From NCBI GenBank assembly GCA_044236265.1, contig JBIIGV010000051.1:1-19583 (forward strand): a DNA stretch of 19,583 nucleotides, in the 5' to 3' direction. Position 1 is the stretch's first letter. Every line of letters begins with the position of its first letter. The stretch comes from Oligoflexales bacterium. GTDB lineage: Bacteria; Bdellovibrionota_B; Oligoflexia; Oligoflexales; RGVZ01. Shown piece by piece: positions 16,431 to 19,583 of the stretch. The translations under genes were made by a program, and so were the position numbers. The notes below the pieces were generated by a model, which made no database searches, was not told where the DNA came from, and saw only the letters and a list, made by a program, of their open reading frames with translations.

Positions 16431-16835
16431 ATGGAAAAGACGTCTTCTAAAACAACTGAAGGAAACGACGCAGGGCTGCATCAGCAGTCAGCAGTGTCAG
16501 GGTCAGACCGACTTGGCCTCGAAGATATAGTCCATTTGGCGAATAAAATTGGCTTGGAATATGTCGCGGCACGCAAGGAGGCCGAGCGTCTTGAGCTGCT
16601 CAAAAACACAGTCCGCGCGAAGATTGCCATCAGACTAGATGACGGTACCCATACAGAAGCTAAACTGAGACGCCTCATGGAAACCGATGCCGAATATGAA
16701 GATTTTTTGAATAAATTGGTAGCCGCGCGCGCAGAAGCAGAAAAATTACGCGTACGGTATGAAAGTTATAAAAATCTATTCGATGCCCGTCGTAGTCTGC
16801 TGAGCTACCAAAAGGCAGAGATGAAGCTTCTATAG
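16431..16835 (+). CDS. Hypothetical coiled-coil protein resembling phage UvsY-like helical proteins
   Basis: 134-aa helical ORF with GAGGG SD and the pattern TEAKLRRL.ETDAEY...L..A..EAEKLR......FDARRSL.S..KAEMKL. The ORF is well supported; the family call is tentative. Confidence 0.75.
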   Translation: MEKTSSKTTEGNDAGLHQQSAVSGSDRLGLEDIVHLANKIGLEYVAARKEAERLELLKNTVRAKIAIRLDDGTHTEAKLRRLMETDAEYEDFLNKLVAARAEAEKLRVRYESYKNLFDARRSLLSYQKAEMKLL

Positions 16836-16836
16836 G

Positions 16837-17844
16837 TTAGTTAGCCAAGTCTTCGGGGTTGATCTTTGGTCTTAGGGATGCGCTGCGTTTTTTTGCGTCC
16901 TGAATCATTTCCACAAACTCAGGATCATTCGACCCATTTTTTCGGAAGTGATTGAAAATTTTCAGAGCTCTTGCTGGGTTGGTTGATTCGACACTACGGG
17001 CAAGCCAGTAGTAGCCTTCATATAATTTCGGTTTTACGCGTACAGCGCGTTCCAGATACTCAGCAGCTTCTTTGGTCTTGCCCATCTCCAATAACGCCTG
17101 TCCCGTGCCTAGAAGTGCTCCAGCCATAAGTGGCTGTGCTTTTAAAGCCAGTTTCCACGTTTCGAGTGCGGCTTCCGTCTTGCCTTGAGAATATAAAACC
17201 TCGGCGGTTACGCTTTGATAATAGGCTTGAGATGATCCACCAGCGAGCTTGGACCCTTTGCGCAAAATAGCGAGAGCCTCATTTCCGCGCTTTAACTTGA
17301 GTAATGTACGCGCCATGATAATGGGCGCCTGCTCGTCACGGGGATATTTCTTTTGCAGTCTCTGACAGAGATTTAGAGATTCGCTGTAGAAGCGAATTTT
17401 GTAATAGCTCCATGCTAAGCTTTTAAGTGACCGTGGCTCGTCTTCTTGCAGTTTGAGAGCTTTTTTGTACCTATAAATGGCCTCAGCATATTTATCCGTT
17501 GCTCGGTAAGATTCACCAAGAAAAAAATTGGCGTCAAAATTATTTTCAAATTCGGGCATGGACTTTTCTAGGTTGTTGATCGCACCCTGATAGTCACCTG
17601 CTTTTGCCAGGACGATGCCAAGATTGCGCGTTGCTGTAACATTTTTAGGGTCTCGATGAAGGGCTTTCTTGTACGAGTCGACCGCCTCCCGCAGAAGGCC
17701 GTCTTTTGCAAACTGGTTGCCTTGTTGGACAAAATTCTCTTGAGCAGCATCCGTCTTTTGAGTCGACACTTGCTGAATGGTTTGACAACTGATCGCAACG
17801 ATTGCGGACGCAAATAAACTGACCCAAAGTCGTTTGGACTGCAT
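16837..17844 (-). CDS. Tetratricopeptide-repeat lipoprotein
   Basis: Lipobox-like AIS-C after a hydrophobic signal; repeated TPR units (AVDSYKKALHRDP...NLG, AIYRYKKALKLQ, YLERAVRVKP...GYYWLA); AAGGAGA SD. Confidence 0.9.
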   Translation of the reverse strand: MQSKRLWVSLFASAIVAISCQTIQQVSTQKTDAAQENFVQQGNQFAKDGLLREAVDSYKKALHRDPKNVTATRNLGIVLAKAGDYQGAINNLEKSMPEFENNFDANFFLGESYRATDKYAEAIYRYKKALKLQEDEPRSLKSLAWSYYKIRFYSESLNLCQRLQKKYPRDEQAPIIMARTLLKLKRGNEALAILRKGSKLAGGSSQAYYQSVTAEVLYSQGKTEAALETWKLALKAQPLMAGALLGTGQALLEMGKTKEAAEYLERAVRVKPKLYEGYYWLARSVESTNPARALKIFNHFRKNGSNDPEFVEMIQDAKKRSASLRPKINPEDLAN

Positions 17845-17877
17845 GCGACGAATCTCCTTAATATTTTTAATTATAAC

Positions 17878-17906
17878 AAAAAAAGCCTGAGTCAGTTACT
17901 CAGGCT
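17878..17906 (-). terminator. Intrinsic terminator after the 110-aa lipoprotein gene
   Basis: Perfect 9-bp stem AGCCTGAGT/ACTCAGGCT with a 5-nt loop and a U-tract on the - strand. Confidence 0.8.
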
Positions 17907-17933
17907 GCTTTTTGCTTAATCCTTTTGGCCGAT

Positions 17934-18266
17934 TCAATCGGTGGTGTAGAACTCTTCAAAGAGAGACCAGCAGCGGCTATCGTTAGAGTAAAAGGACAGA
18001 TTAATTTTGGCTTTGGACCAATCCTTATAATTAGCCATTTTATATGAATAATAACGGAGGGATAGGTTGCCGTTGCGTCCTGTGGTCATAGAGTCTGGAG
18101 TCGGCATGAAGTCATCTAAAAAATAGCACTCATTGCCGGTGTTCTTCATGTAGGGAACGTGTACGGCAGTCGCTGTCAGGTCCGAGGCAAAGAACGCTGC
18201 TCGACACGATGAGATCGCAGCAACAAGCGCAAGCCCAAGCAGTCTTTTAGCTAATTTATCGCTCAT
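17934..18266 (-). CDS. Small hypothetical lipoprotein
   Basis: Signal/lipobox MSDKLAKRLLGLALVAAISS-C; AGGGA SD; has its own candidate promoter and terminator. Confidence 0.8.
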   Translation of the reverse strand: MSDKLAKRLLGLALVAAISSCRAAFFASDLTATAVHVPYMKNTGNECYFLDDFMPTPDSMTTGRNGNLSLRYYSYKMANYKDWSKAKINLSFYSNDSRCWSLFEEFYTTD

Positions 18267-18306
18267 AACGATCCCTGTTTTATGCTAAAAATATCTTCAG
18301 AATGTC

Positions 18307-18333
18307 TTATCGGAGTGTTCCAAAAAACCTTTA
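18307..18333 (-). promoter_or_regulatory. sigma28 (FliA) promoter for the 110-aa lipoprotein
   Basis: Minus strand reads TAAA-N15-TCCGATAA, 11/12 match to consensus with exact spacing, 40 nt upstream of the ATG. Confidence 0.7.
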
Positions 18334-18373
18334 GATCCAAAGCTACACGAGGGTTTGAAACAAAGGAGTCTTG

Positions 18374-19546
18374 ATGTTGAGGAAAATTAAAATTTTGAGC
18401 TCTTTGCTAGTTATTTCCTGTACTACCCCAGAGACCAAGCAGATCGAATCAAATTGGGGTGAGCTCGGCAAGGCGGGAAAGATTACCTGTAATCAATGGC
18501 CGGTTCGGGAGACGGAGCTGGACGTTTCGCAGATGTTGGCATCTTCGACCTTGGGTGGTGGATTTATTGCAACCATGAGAATGCGAAACGGCAGTCAAAT
18601 TCCTGTATTTGCCGATGGAAAATCGTCTTCAGATTTGGATGTTGAAGAGTTTGTCACGCTGCCGATTGGTCGTTTTGCGCACGTAGTCGGTCTCGCGGAG
18701 TGGGCTGGAGAGCCCATAGCCTTTATCATTCAGAATCGAAATGATCGTGCGTGGCTAGAAATTCGTGCTGTGAAAAATAATCGTTTGGTCTCCAGGATGC
18801 CAACCCCGATTGAAGGCGACGTTTACTCTGGAAGGATTTCGCTGACTGCCAAAGGTTGGTGGCTTCAGTTAAACCACGGTGAAGCAGAGGCTTCATTTGT
18901 TAAGGTCACTCCCGAGGCTGATTCAGAGTGGCGTTTTTCTTTAGCTCCTCTAAAGACGTCAACGCGATTTGCTTCCGTTGTCTCAAATGGTTCGGATTTG
19001 GCCGGGCATGTGGTTGAGTTTGTGCGAGGTAAAAATGACAATGTCAGCCAATTTAAAGTCACAAAGCTAGATAATAGCGGACAACCTAAAAATCTGGGTA
19101 CCGTCAATGTGCCAACTAAAGGCGGTCTGGAAAGCTGGTCAGCTGCGGCGATCGGTAGCCGGGTGATGTTGGCCGTGGTTCGCGGCGACTCCATGATTGG
19201 TCAGGCTTCGCTGATTGTGGCAGCCATTGCTGGTACAGGGGGGGAGCTGAAACTCGAGTGGAGTAAGGAGTTTCCCTTTGATGACGTGCACTTAGCAGAG
19301 CCAGCGTGGGTCGGTGATGGTTCCAAGGCCATGATAGGCATTATGAAATGGATGGATGGGGAGGGCGCTCTCAGTCGTTTCCGGGTTGACGCCTATAAGG
19401 TGGACGCGTTAGGGGATGTTGGAGTGTTTGAAAAAGGCACGGTACTGGTGGCTGGTTATCTGAATGAGCGTTCGGATGGAGTTGGGGCCTTTAGATATCG
19501 TGAAAATGAACTTTGGAAGTACAAAATTTGCAAGCTGACACTTTAA
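18374..19546 (+). CDS. Hypothetical beta-rich lipoprotein, possible beta-propeller
   Basis: Signal/lipobox MLRKIKILSSLLVIS-C; AAGGAG SD 5 nt before ATG 18374; about 390 aa of short Trp/Gly-rich strands. Confidence 0.8.
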   Translation: MLRKIKILSSLLVISCTTPETKQIESNWGELGKAGKITCNQWPVRETELDVSQMLASSTLGGGFIATMRMRNGSQIPVFADGKSSSDLDVEEFVTLPIGRFAHVVGLAEWAGEPIAFIIQNRNDRAWLEIRAVKNNRLVSRMPTPIEGDVYSGRISLTAKGWWLQLNHGEAEASFVKVTPEADSEWRFSLAPLKTSTRFASVVSNGSDLAGHVVEFVRGKNDNVSQFKVTKLDNSGQPKNLGTVNVPTKGGLESWSAAAIGSRVMLAVVRGDSMIGQASLIVAAIAGTGGELKLEWSKEFPFDDVHLAEPAWVGDGSKAMIGIMKWMDGEGALSRFRVDAYKVDALGDVGVFEKGTVLVAGYLNERSDGVGAFRYRENELWKYKICKLTL

Positions 19547-19583
19547 ATCAGAACGGCGGTATCCTGAAGACTCTCGAAGTTTT

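Noticed and set aside
1..19583. CRISPR array, IS element, prophage or tRNA-targeted island
   Set aside because: I saw no regularly spaced repeats, no transposase, integrase or phage structural genes, and no duplicated tRNA-Gln 3' end.

Overview
Bacterial chromosomal segment of moderate GC. Gene content and sigma28-type motifs suggest a deltaproteobacterial or Bdellovibrionota/Oligoflexia-like organism (inference only). The left two-thirds is housekeeping: the 3' part of a ClpB-type ATPase, tRNA-Gln(UUG), prs-rplY-pth, rpsF-rplI-dnaB, a stand-alone Fis-like gene (-), grpE, lon, a small membrane protein, def-rpe-hutH, a secreted hypothetical and a rhomboid-TPR protease. The right third holds uncharacterised genes: a coupled (-) strand pair (a helical protein plus a protein with an EExxH...ExxAE zincin-like motif and a C-terminal IAA), a divergent phage UvsY-like helical protein, a TPR lipoprotein and two hypothetical lipoproteins. 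Points of note: rpsR is missing from the rpsF-rplI operon although an S6:S18-type leader is retained; the Fis-like gene has a Fis-consensus site in its own leader; three sigma28-like promoters precede lon, the unknown pair and a small lipoprotein; L25 is the short form; hutH is orphaned. No CRISPR array, transposase, integrase or rRNA was seen.
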